Origin: a bacterium
Lineage (GTDB): Bacteria; Patescibacteriota; Minisyncoccia; Phycocordibacterales; UBA5272
Length of the DNA stretch: 64,000 bases
Direction of reading: 5' to 3'
Assembly: GCA_023267535.1 (NCBI GenBank)
Contig: JAHFNC010000003.1
Span: 75,653 to 139,652, forward strand
Position numbers and translations under genes: made by a program. Shown here piece after piece: positions 50,468-58,846 of the stretch. Positions within the stretch are counted from its first letter, which is position 1; every line of letters starts with the position of its first letter. The notes under the pieces are model-generated. The model was not told the DNA's origin and ran no database searches. It worked only from the letters and a program-made list of their open reading frames with translations.

Positions 50468-50552
50468 TGTTAAATAATAACAAAATCGCCTGACGGTTAC
50501 TAGTTAACAGTCAAGCTAGCAACCAATAATTCAGTGTGTTAGTATATTATTT

Positions 50553-51746
50553 ATGGGAAAAGTTATTACTGATGAAGAAAAAATAGATGAAATTTTATCT
50601 CGTGGAGTTGAGGATGTTATTGTCCGTGAAGAATTAAAAAAAGAATTAATGTCTGGTCGTGTTCTGAGAATTAAACTCGGAATTGACCCAACTTCTGGAA
50701 AGATACATATTGGACGAGCTGTCCCGCTTCGCAAATTAAGAGAGTTTCAACTACTTGGACATCAAATTGTTTTGATTATTGGGGATTTTACTGCTCAAGT
50801 CGGAGATGCTTCTGATAAAAGTGAAAAACGCCCAATGCTTACTCGCGCAGAGATTGATGAAAATCTAAAAGATTATAAGAGTCAGATTTCAAAAATTATT
50901 GATATATCTAAAACAGAATTTGTATACAACAGTGATTGGCTGTCAAAGCTTACTTTCGGAGAGCTTGTGATATTAGCAGAATGTTTTTCGGTTCAACAGA
51001 TGCTGGCTCGTAGAAATTTTAAAGAGAGGTATGACAATGGAAAAGAAATTTCTCTTCGTGAATTTTTGTATCCAATTATGCAAGGATATGATTCTGTTGC
51101 AGTTAAGTCAGATGTTGAAATTGGCGGATTTGACCAACTTTTTAATTTAAAAGCTGGAAGAATAATCCAAGAACACTACGGAATGCCAAAACAAAACATT
51201 ATTACGTTTTCTATGTTGGAGGGCACAGACGGCAGGAAAATGTCTTCTTCTTGGGGCAACATTATTTCTATAGTAGATGACCCTCGTGACATGTTTGGAA
51301 AAGTTATGGCCGTACACGACGATTTAATTATCAAATACTTCACTCTGTGCACCGATGTGTCATTAAAAGAAATAAAAAGTATTCAGAAAGAATTGAAAAG
51401 CGGAGCAAATCCACGAGACGTCAAAATGAGATTGGGTGTTGAGCTTGTCACTCTCTATCATTCCGAAAAAGACGCAGCTCTCGCTAAAAATTCTTGGGTA
51501 GAGACTTTTTCTAAAGGAGGTGTGCCAGATAATTTATTAGAAATTAAAGCAAGCGACACGGTAGAAATAGCAGATGTTCTTATTGAGAATAAAATTGTAG
51601 CATCAAAAACGGAATGGCGACGTTTGGTTAGTGACAAAGCCATCACAGACATTGATGGAAATATTATTTCTGATCCAAAAGAGAAAGCTAGAAATGTCAC
51701 ATTAAAAATTGGAAAGAAAAGATTTGCAAAGATATTGGTTGATTAA
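50553..51746 (+). CDS. tyrS: Tyrosyl-tRNA synthetase
   Basis: GIDPT..HIG, YPIMQGYD, GGFDQLFN, KMSSS, S4-like tail. Confidence 0.97.
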   Translation: MGKVITDEEKIDEILSRGVEDVIVREELKKELMSGRVLRIKLGIDPTSGKIHIGRAVPLRKLREFQLLGHQIVLIIGDFTAQVGDASDKSEKRPMLTRAEIDENLKDYKSQISKIIDISKTEFVYNSDWLSKLTFGELVILAECFSVQQMLARRNFKERYDNGKEISLREFLYPIMQGYDSVAVKSDVEIGGFDQLFNLKAGRIIQEHYGMPKQNIITFSMLEGTDGRKMSSSWGNIISIVDDPRDMFGKVMAVHDDLIIKYFTLCTDVSLKEIKSIQKELKSGANPRDVKMRLGVELVTLYHSEKDAALAKNSWVETFSKGGVPDNLLEIKASDTVEIADVLIENKIVASKTEWRRLVSDKAITDIDGNIISDPKEKARNVTLKIGKKRFAKILVD

Positions 51747-51779
51747 AATTAAAACCGCACGATGTGCGGTTTTAATTTT
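51745..51779. terminator. Bidirectional terminator
   Basis: AAAATTAAAACCGCAC-GAT-GTGCGGTTTTAATTTT. Confidence 0.8.
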
Positions 51780-51964
51780 TACCAGTAATCCTCGTCATCT
51801 GCTTTGAAAGCGATATCCACTTCGTCATCCTCTTCATCATCTAAATCTTTAGGTACCAACTCCTCCTCATCTTCGGTGATTATTATCTCCTCAGCAAAAA
51901 CAGCCTCCAAAGTATCTGGACTTATCTCGTCTACGCTCTTCTTTTTTAATTCATCTTCCTCCAT
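51779..51964 (-). CDS. Very acidic small protein
   Basis: 61-aa D/E-rich ORF ending in W, followed by a terminator. Confidence 0.7.
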   Translation of the reverse strand: MEEDELKKKSVDEISPDTLEAVFAEEIIITEDEEELVPKDLDDEEDDEVDIAFKADDEDYW

Positions 51965-52041
51965 ATTTTGTTAAAAACCAAGATAACATCTAATCAAAAT
52001 AGATGCAAGTTTTTGTGTGAATAAGTTTTCTTTTTCTTTAT

Positions 52042-52542
52042 TTAAATTCTTTTAACAATAGCGCTGTGAGTTAGTCCAATAGCGATGGCGTCAATCTCAT
52101 CATCTAAAAATTTCTTTTCGTTATCCATTTTGATTATCTTAAAAACCATCATAGAAACATCATCTTTGGAAGCTCGTCCGTAACCAGTTATAGCCACTTT
52201 AATCTCCGGTGGAGAGTATTCAAAGACGGACAATTTATATTTTTTTGCCATATAAAGACAGACTCCTCGAACTTCAGCCACAGTCATTACTGTTTTTTGA
52301 TTGGTAGTGAAAAAAAGTTTTTCTATAGCAAACTCAGAGGGCTTATGTTTCTTAATTATTTTTTCTATTTGTTCCCCGATAAAAAAAATTCTTTCTGATA
52401 AAGATTCAGCTCTTGAACTAATTATGCAATCTGAAAAAATAAGAGTTTCTTTTTGTCCTTCTTTATCTAAAATAGCCACACCTAATCTATCAAACCCAGG
52501 ATCTATGGCAATTATTCTTCTGAAGCTACTATTTATTTTCAT
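52042..52542 (-). CDS. ruvC: Holliday junction resolvase RuvC
   Basis: [26 protein letters not shown]. Confidence 0.95.
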   Translation of the reverse strand: MKINSSFRRIIAIDPGFDRLGVAILDKEGQKETLIFSDCIISSRAESLSERIFFIGEQIEKIIKKHKPSEFAIEKLFFTTNQKTVMTVAEVRGVCLYMAKKYKLSVFEYSPPEIKVAITGYGRASKDDVSMMVFKIIKMDNEKKFLDDEIDAIAIGLTHSAIVKRI

Positions 52543-53521
52543 TTTTCAAATATTCTTTGGCTTTCTCAGTTACTTTTCTTCCGCGAGGAGTTCTTTCTAG
52601 CATTCCAATTTGAATTAAATATGGCTCGATAACATCTTCAATGGTGGCTTCTTCTTCACCAATAGATGCGGCGATAGTGTTTAGTCCAACAGGTCCACCA
52701 CCAAAGTTTTTAATTATAGAATTAAGAACCATTCTCTCTGACATTCCCATGCCGTAATCATCAATTTCAAGTAAGTTAAGGGAAATGTCTACTATATCTT
52801 TATCTATGTTGGCTTTGTGGACTTGAGCGTAGTCTCTGGCTCTTTTTAAATAGTAGTTTGCAATTCTTGGAGTAAAGCGAGATCTTTTAGCAATTTCCAT
52901 TGCAGCAGCCTCACTTAATTCTGCTCCTAAAATTTTAGAACTTCTTTTTACAATTTCGGTGATTTCTTCATCTTTATAATATTGCAATCTGTAAACTCCT
53001 CCTGAGAATCTAGAACGAAGAGGGGAAGATAAAAGAGAGATGCGAGTAGTAGCACCAATTAATGTAAATGGAGGAAGATCAAGTTGTAGAGTTCTGGCTG
53101 ACGGCCCTTTACCAATCACAATGTCTAGCTTTCCTGATTCCATGGCTGGATATAAAACTTCTTCAATTAATTTATTTAATCGGTGTATTTCATCAATAAA
53201 CAAAACATCTCCCGGAGTGAGATTGGTTAATATGGCGGCCAAGTCTCCAACTTTCATAATGGCTGGACCACTAGATAGTTTTAAATTAGCGCCAAGCTCT
53301 TTAGTTATGAGGTGAGCTAGTGTTGTTTTTCCAAGTCCGGGAGGACCATATAAAAGAATGTGTTCAGGAGGGGAATTTCTTTCTTTGGCAGCAGTTAAAA
53401 GTATGTGTAAATTCTTTTTTATGGTCTCTTGTCCAATATAATCAGCAAAATTAGAGGGTCGCAGGGTAATATCTAAATGTTTTACATCCTCGCCATCTTC
53501 TCTTTTATCAGTATTTTTCAT
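52529..53521 (-). CDS. ruvB: Holliday junction helicase RuvB
   Basis: [30 protein letters not shown]; probable start ATG 53521. Confidence 0.97.
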   Translation of the reverse strand: MKNTDKREDGEDVKHLDITLRPSNFADYIGQETIKKNLHILLTAAKERNSPPEHILLYGPPGLGKTTLAHLITKELGANLKLSSGPAIMKVGDLAAILTNLTPGDVLFIDEIHRLNKLIEEVLYPAMESGKLDIVIGKGPSARTLQLDLPPFTLIGATTRISLLSSPLRSRFSGGVYRLQYYKDEEITEIVKRSSKILGAELSEAAAMEIAKRSRFTPRIANYYLKRARDYAQVHKANIDKDIVDISLNLLEIDDYGMGMSERMVLNSIIKNFGGGPVGLNTIAASIGEEEATIEDVIEPYLIQIGMLERTPRGRKVTEKAKEYLKNENK

Positions 53522-53532
53522 ATTTTTATGGT

Positions 53533-53560
53533 TTGACAAAACTTTTTTATGTGTTAAAAT
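53533..53560 (+). promoter_or_regulatory. Sigma70 promoter with no downstream plus-strand gene
   Basis: TTGACA-16-TAAAAT with extended TG. Confidence 0.7.
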
Positions 53561-53594
53561 CTCGTCAGAGCTTCTCATTTAGAAGTTTCTTTTT

Positions 53595-53750
53595 GTCAGA
53601 ACCCATACATCTCTAAACAATCGGGTGCTTTGCACCCACACATCTATTTCAAAGGACGGTCTGGTTTTTAGATTTATCTAAAGACTGTATCTATCCTTAT
53701 GAAGGATTGTTCTTCACCAAGGGGTTGCTTAGAGGTGTATGGGTTTTAAC
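53595..53750 (+). ncRNA. Candidate 6S-like RNA
   Basis: Closing stem ACCCATACATCTCTAA/TTAGAGGTGTATGGGT, central open region with two side hairpins, terminal stem; G-U pairs favour the plus strand. Confidence 0.55.
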
Positions 53751-53801
53751 TTTAATTTTATTTTTTAAAATAAAAGGTTAAAATTTCTTGTTTTATTCCG
53801 G

Positions 53802-55499
53802 TTATTCTTCTAAAAGATCAACTACTCGACTTATTTCGTCATATGTTGTAATACCTGCGAGTACCTTAATTATAGCATCTTCACGAAGAGTGGGGACTCC
53901 TTCTTTTGATATGGAATCCTTTATTTCTCTTTCGCTCGGATTTGTTACTAGAAGTCTTTCTATGTCCGGTGTCATAAATACGGCTTCAAAAATACCAGTT
54001 CGTCCGTTATATCCGCCAGAGCATTTTTCACAACCGACAGCCTTAAATATTTTATATTCAGTGCTTGGTATAAAACCACCCATTGATTCTTCTTTATGAT
54101 TTAATTTCATAGAGCCTAAAACATTTGTAATTATTCTCACTTCTTTTTCCGGAGCCACATATTCTTGTTTACAGTTTGGACATAAAGTTCTGATTAATCT
54201 TTGAGCTAAAGCAAGTGATAGAGCTGAGGCGATAACTTTTGGATTAACTTTTAAATCAATCAGACGGGGAATAGTTCCAGCGGCATTATTGGTGTGAAGT
54301 GTTGAAAAAACCAAGTGACCAGTTAGGGCGGCGTTTATAGCAACTTTTGCTGTATCTTCATCACGAATTTCACCAACCATAATTACATCGGGGTCTTGTC
54401 TAAGTGCTGCACGCAGACCTGAGAGGAAAGTGTAATTTTTTTCTTCCTCAACTTGAGTTTGAGTTATTCCTTCCAAGTGATATTCTACTGGGTCTTCAAT
54501 GGTGATGATTTTTATTTCAGTGGTATAAACTTTTCTTAAGAAAGCGTAAAGGGTAGTTGTCTTTCCAGAACCAGTAGGACCGGTTGTGAGTATCACTCCA
54601 TTTGGTCGAGCGAGCGCTCTTTCAATGAGTTGTTTTATTTTCGGACCAAAGGCAATGTTATCTAGATTAGACATTGAGTGTCTGGAGTCGAGCAATCTCA
54701 TCACAAAACTCTCACCATAATTCCCAGGGATAACTGACATACGAACTTCCACCTGAGCGTCTCCTAAGTCCATACTAAATCTTCCATCTTGAGCATTGGC
54801 TACGGTGGATAATTTTAGCTCGGCTAGAAGTTTTAATCTGTTGGTTATTTGTTTATTTAAATAAGTTGGTAGAAAAGTTATATCTTGAAGAACACCATTC
54901 ATACGATAACGAATTCTTAATTTATCTTTCTCAGGCTCAATATGAATATCAGAAGCATCAAATTTAAGAGCTCCAGCGAAAGTCAACTCTATTATCTTTG
55001 TTGTTTTATATAATTTTTCATTTTTTTCTATCGCCTGAAATAAAGCATCTAAATCTTTTGGTGTTTGAAATTGAGTCATCAAATCATCCATTTTCTTTTT
55101 TGTAAGTTGTATGACCCCGCTTTCCACTTTTGTGCTTTTCATTAAATCTATATAACGAGAATAAACATGTTCTAGCGAGGCATGAGAACAAAGAAAAAGA
55201 GCAGCTTCAAATCCTCTAGTCTCAAGAGGTTTCAAAATCTCTTCAAGTTTTGGATTATTTGGATTAACTGTTCCCACATATAATTTCTTGCCGACTATTT
55301 TAAAGGGAGCAAATTCTCCTTCTCTTGCATCTTCTTCTTTAACGACACGAAGAGCGTCTGGCTCAGGAGCAAGTCCGCGGAGATCAATATAGGGGAGTCC
55401 ATATTTGTCCGATAAGAGCTTTATTAAATCCTCCTCCTCGTCTTTACGTAATTCTTCAAGTTTATGATTTTGTATTGCGTCATCAAATACGATTGTCAT
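53802..55499 (-). CDS. PilB/GspE family pilus assembly ATPase
   Basis: ASDIHIEP, GPTGSGKTT, TIEDPVEY, LRQDPD, STLHTN, CxxC pairs. Confidence 0.95.
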   Translation of the reverse strand: MTIVFDDAIQNHKLEELRKDEEEDLIKLLSDKYGLPYIDLRGLAPEPDALRVVKEEDAREGEFAPFKIVGKKLYVGTVNPNNPKLEEILKPLETRGFEAALFLCSHASLEHVYSRYIDLMKSTKVESGVIQLTKKKMDDLMTQFQTPKDLDALFQAIEKNEKLYKTTKIIELTFAGALKFDASDIHIEPEKDKLRIRYRMNGVLQDITFLPTYLNKQITNRLKLLAELKLSTVANAQDGRFSMDLGDAQVEVRMSVIPGNYGESFVMRLLDSRHSMSNLDNIAFGPKIKQLIERALARPNGVILTTGPTGSGKTTTLYAFLRKVYTTEIKIITIEDPVEYHLEGITQTQVEEEKNYTFLSGLRAALRQDPDVIMVGEIRDEDTAKVAINAALTGHLVFSTLHTNNAAGTIPRLIDLKVNPKVIASALSLALAQRLIRTLCPNCKQEYVAPEKEVRIITNVLGSMKLNHKEESMGGFIPSTEYKIFKAVGCEKCSGGYNGRTGIFEAVFMTPDIERLLVTNPSEREIKDSISKEGVPTLREDAIIKVLAGITTYDEISRVVDLLEE

Positions 55500-55637
55500 T
55501 TAATTATTATAACAGTTTAGATTGTGGAATATAGAAATAAAAAACAAAAATCGGGGAAAAGTAACTGGTTGACGAGTTCCGTATATTGTTGTATATTCCA
55601 CTTAGGAATGTTTTTTGATTTTTTGAAAGGAAGATAA

Positions 55638-56750
55638 ATGAAAAAAATGGCGTCGTTTACGTTTCTACTTTTTCTTTGGCCTCTTCTTGTAAGTGTGAAT
55701 GCTTATGGGGATGAGGGAATTCCAATCAGAACTCCTAGAGAGCTACCAAGTTCCTTGTCTAGTTATCAGACTTCAGGGACTTCCGGCTTTGACGGACTAT
55801 TTAGTAAGATTTTCGAGGCACGAAAGTTCCTCCTTAATTTTTCCAGAGAAAGAAGTTTTAGTGAGGAAAGATTGAATGTAGCGGTGTTAGATATCAATCA
55901 TCAAGACACCGCCAAAATATTAAGTATTAACCACTCTGGGAAAATAAGTTCCAAATACACCGAGTCTGGCACTTTTGTCGTTGATTGGGGAAATACCAAA
56001 TGCGGTGTTCCTCAAGTGATATCAAAACCTCCGGGATTCGTTGTTCTTGCTCTTCATCGCATGAGGTCAGATGGTTCAAGCACGACAGTTTACACTCCGT
56101 ACTCAAAATATATTGATACTCCGGAAATACGCAATGCTGGGTATCAGTATATAAGGCAAAACATTTTGTCGGCCGAACAAGAATTAAGAGATAGGGGTGT
56201 AGAGTCTCTTGCTTACCCAGGAAGATTAGTCGCAGACGTTGCACCACTTTCTCTTGCTTTACGACTTGCTTTGATTGAGCACATGGATCCGAACAGGTTT
56301 ACAAGAGAGTCAACTGAGAAATTGGTCAACGAAATCTTGGTTACCTCTGGCGTGAACATGTCTGACTCTTTCGGTTGTTCCGTTTCTTACGCTGGAGCTC
56401 GCGGACTGTTTCAGTTTATGGAGGGAACTTATTCAACAATTAGAAGGAAGTATGTTTCTGCTAATCTGATGCCTGACTTTCATGGTGGTATGAACAATCA
56501 CCACAATGCATCTAAGGCGGCGCTTTTGTTATTGGACACTGACTTAGCTTTCTTGCCTGAGGAAAAGAAAAGGTGGATGGTGAATAATCCAGAGCATCTT
56601 TTTGAATACTTGGCAGCGATGTATAACAGTGGAAGGCCGGCTAAACTCATATCTTTACATGGGGATAGTTGGCGAGAGCATCTTCCTGCCGAAACAAAAA
56701 AGTACCTTTTGGAATTAAGAGGAATAAACAGAGTTTTGTCCTCGATGTGA
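55638..56750 (+). CDS. Secreted lytic transglycosylase (SLT-like)
   Basis: Signal peptide; SYAGARGLFQFM and AAMYNSG motifs; own promoter TTGACG-17-TATATT. Confidence 0.8.
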   Translation: MKKMASFTFLLFLWPLLVSVNAYGDEGIPIRTPRELPSSLSSYQTSGTSGFDGLFSKIFEARKFLLNFSRERSFSEERLNVAVLDINHQDTAKILSINHSGKISSKYTESGTFVVDWGNTKCGVPQVISKPPGFVVLALHRMRSDGSSTTVYTPYSKYIDTPEIRNAGYQYIRQNILSAEQELRDRGVESLAYPGRLVADVAPLSLALRLALIEHMDPNRFTRESTEKLVNEILVTSGVNMSDSFGCSVSYAGARGLFQFMEGTYSTIRRKYVSANLMPDFHGGMNNHHNASKAALLLLDTDLAFLPEEKKRWMVNNPEHLFEYLAAMYNSGRPAKLISLHGDSWREHLPAETKKYLLELRGINRVLSSM

Positions 56751-56755
56751 GTTTT

Positions 56756-56786
56756 ATACCCGTGATTTAGGTCACGGGTATTTTTA
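56756..56786 (+). terminator. Intrinsic terminator
   Basis: ATACCCGTGATT-T-AGGTCACGGGTAT followed by T residues. Confidence 0.75.
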
Positions 56787-56929
56787 TAATTTAATGGGTA
56801 AAAAAGCCTTTAAAATAGGGCTTAATTTCCCTTGACTTTTCCTTAAAAATATGTATAATATTAAGTAGCTTTACAGGGTTGAATTTAGCTCTGTTTTCAC
56901 AGGTTCTTTCACAAATTGGAGGTTCTAAA

Positions 56930-57706
56930 ATGAATAAAATTTTCTATGGGATGTTGTTTTTCGTGGCGACGCTACTGACAGGTCTTCCGCAGGCGAACGC
57001 GCAATGTGTGCCGGCCCCGATAATAATGGGGCAGGGATATCAGGGCGGAAACCCGTGCTATGGTGGCCCGCCGGTCCAGACTTTTTCCATGCCATTCAAC
57101 TATGGCCAGAACGGAAACGGATTTGGCAATTTGCTGAACGGTATTCCACAGGGTCAGCCGTTTATGGTTAACACCGCAAACGGTGGCAAAGCCCGTTGTA
57201 CGTGGAAGGATGCGGCGGCAAGTGCGGCGAAGGACGGATTGGTTGGTGGTCTGATTGGTGCCGGTCTTGGAATTCTTCAAGGCAAGGGACACACCTCGCA
57301 GTATGCAAAAGGTGGAGCCCTCATCGGTGCTGCAGTTGGCGCCACGCTTGATTGTGACACCGACATTCTCGGCAACGGGGGTGTGAATCAAATCACGTCG
57401 GTGTCGGTCATCCCGCAACAACAAGCTTCACAGCAAGGTCGTTGTGGAGAGGGGAAGGTTTTCGCTACACTCAACTGGGAAGGTCATCCGCAGAACGGCA
57501 GAATGGTCTGCATGGCCAAGGACGACGTCCATATGCTCCCCATAGAGCAACAGCCGAAGGTGGCCAAGATGGTCTTCCGTTGCAAGGAAGGTCAGATTCG
57601 CGCCAAGTTGAACTGGGAAGGTCATCCGCAACACAACAAGGACGTTTGCATGTCACCGGACGATCCGCACCGTGGATACGAGGCTGCGTTTGTACCTCCA
57701 GCGTGA
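56930..57706 (+). CDS. Secreted glycine-zipper protein with two Cys-bracketed LNWEGHPQ repeats
   Basis: Start ATG 56930 after GGAGG; signal peptide ending ANA; GLVGGLIGAGLG/GGALIGAAVG. Confidence 0.85.
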   Translation: MNKIFYGMLFFVATLLTGLPQANAQCVPAPIIMGQGYQGGNPCYGGPPVQTFSMPFNYGQNGNGFGNLLNGIPQGQPFMVNTANGGKARCTWKDAAASAAKDGLVGGLIGAGLGILQGKGHTSQYAKGGALIGAAVGATLDCDTDILGNGGVNQITSVSVIPQQQASQQGRCGEGKVFATLNWEGHPQNGRMVCMAKDDVHMLPIEQQPKVAKMVFRCKEGQIRAKLNWEGHPQHNKDVCMSPDDPHRGYEAAFVPPA

Positions 57707-57751
57707 ACAAGTAAACAACAAGAAGAAGTTTTTTACAATTTTTTTTTACAA

Positions 57752-57775
57752 AAGCCCATACGAAAGTATGGGCTT
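57752..57775. terminator. Hairpin overlapping the next -35 element
   Basis: AAGCCCATAC-GAAA-GTATGGGCTT running into TTGACT. Confidence 0.65.
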
Positions 57776-57882
57776 GACTTTTTATATTTCAGTGATAGTA
57801 TCACGGTTAGGCGATATTTGAGATTTTAATTAGTCATTAATTTCAAATGTCATTCTGAACTTTTACAAAAGGAGAAAAAATT

Positions 57883-58716
57883 ATGCCATCCAGCATACCC
57901 GAAAATAAGAGAAGTGTGAATGCTTTGTTCGTTGCCATCGTTGCTGTCATTCTTGCCTTACTTGCTTTGTTTTTCTTGTACAACATAAACGGCAAGGTCG
58001 GCACGGCAAACGATGACCATGTTGTCTTGGAGCAAATGAAAAAAGAAAACTTGGAGATGAAAGCCTCCTTGGTTGCTATCGATGGAAGAATCAAAACTTC
58101 CGACGCCGGCATGTTGACCAAGGTTACCGCACTCGAAAAGATGTTTACCGACTTCAGGTCCTCAACCATGACGGCTCTCGTCAAGTACGAGGAGAGAATC
58201 CTCAAGCTTGAAAAGAACGTCGGTAGCCTCCAGTCAAGGGTTCGTGCTCTGGAACATCAGTTGAGCGAACTTCAGAATCAGAGGCAACAACAGGTAATTG
58301 TGTCGCCACCGCAACAGCCGAGGCAACAGCAGTACGCACCTGCGCCGATTTATCAACAAGCTCCGACGCCGGCACCGACACCAGGACCGTACGCACCACA
58401 AGTAATTCAGCAGCAAACACAGCCGGCTCCGTCACAGGGTGGTTCAGCCTACTTGTGGCATCCGCGTGACGCCACTCCGCATAGTCCTAAGCCGTGTATC
58501 ATTTCAGGTGGCGACGGACAAGGCCTTCCGCCTTATTGTTCAGGAGCATCCGTGCAACCCGCTCTACAAGGAGAACCGAAAGGTGCGTGGATGATACGAG
58601 TTGGTGGTGGTGGAAGATTCCAAGATACCGGCGTCTATCACAAGGACAACTCTCAGACACCGCAAGGTCCACAACCTCAGGAAGAAAAGAAGGGCTGGTG
58701 GCCGTTTAGCAAGTAA
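57883..58716 (+). CDS. Membrane-anchored coiled-coil protein with Pro/Gln linker and small Cys domain
   Basis: TM, heptads, PQ-rich linker, two Cys, KKGWWPF tail; SD AGGAG. Confidence 0.85.
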   Translation: MPSSIPENKRSVNALFVAIVAVILALLALFFLYNINGKVGTANDDHVVLEQMKKENLEMKASLVAIDGRIKTSDAGMLTKVTALEKMFTDFRSSTMTALVKYEERILKLEKNVGSLQSRVRALEHQLSELQNQRQQQVIVSPPQQPRQQQYAPAPIYQQAPTPAPTPGPYAPQVIQQQTQPAPSQGGSAYLWHPRDATPHSPKPCIISGGDGQGLPPYCSGASVQPALQGEPKGAWMIRVGGGGRFQDTGVYHKDNSQTPQGPQPQEEKKGWWPFSK

Positions 58717-58846
58717 TTTCCTTTGAACTTTTGACTCTTGTCAGCGATGGCAGGGGTCTTTTTTTTGACCTTGACATAATCAAGATTATAAGATACAATG
58801 GTGAAAACGTTTTTGTATCGTTTTTTTATCACCTTAATATAAAAAC

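Noticed and set aside
53522..53578. N-terminal extension of RuvB
   Set aside because: Overlaps the divergent promoter; ATG 53521 gives a normal length.
55560..58770. Integron cassette array
   Set aside because: No recognisable attC sites or IntI; the genes have their own promoters.
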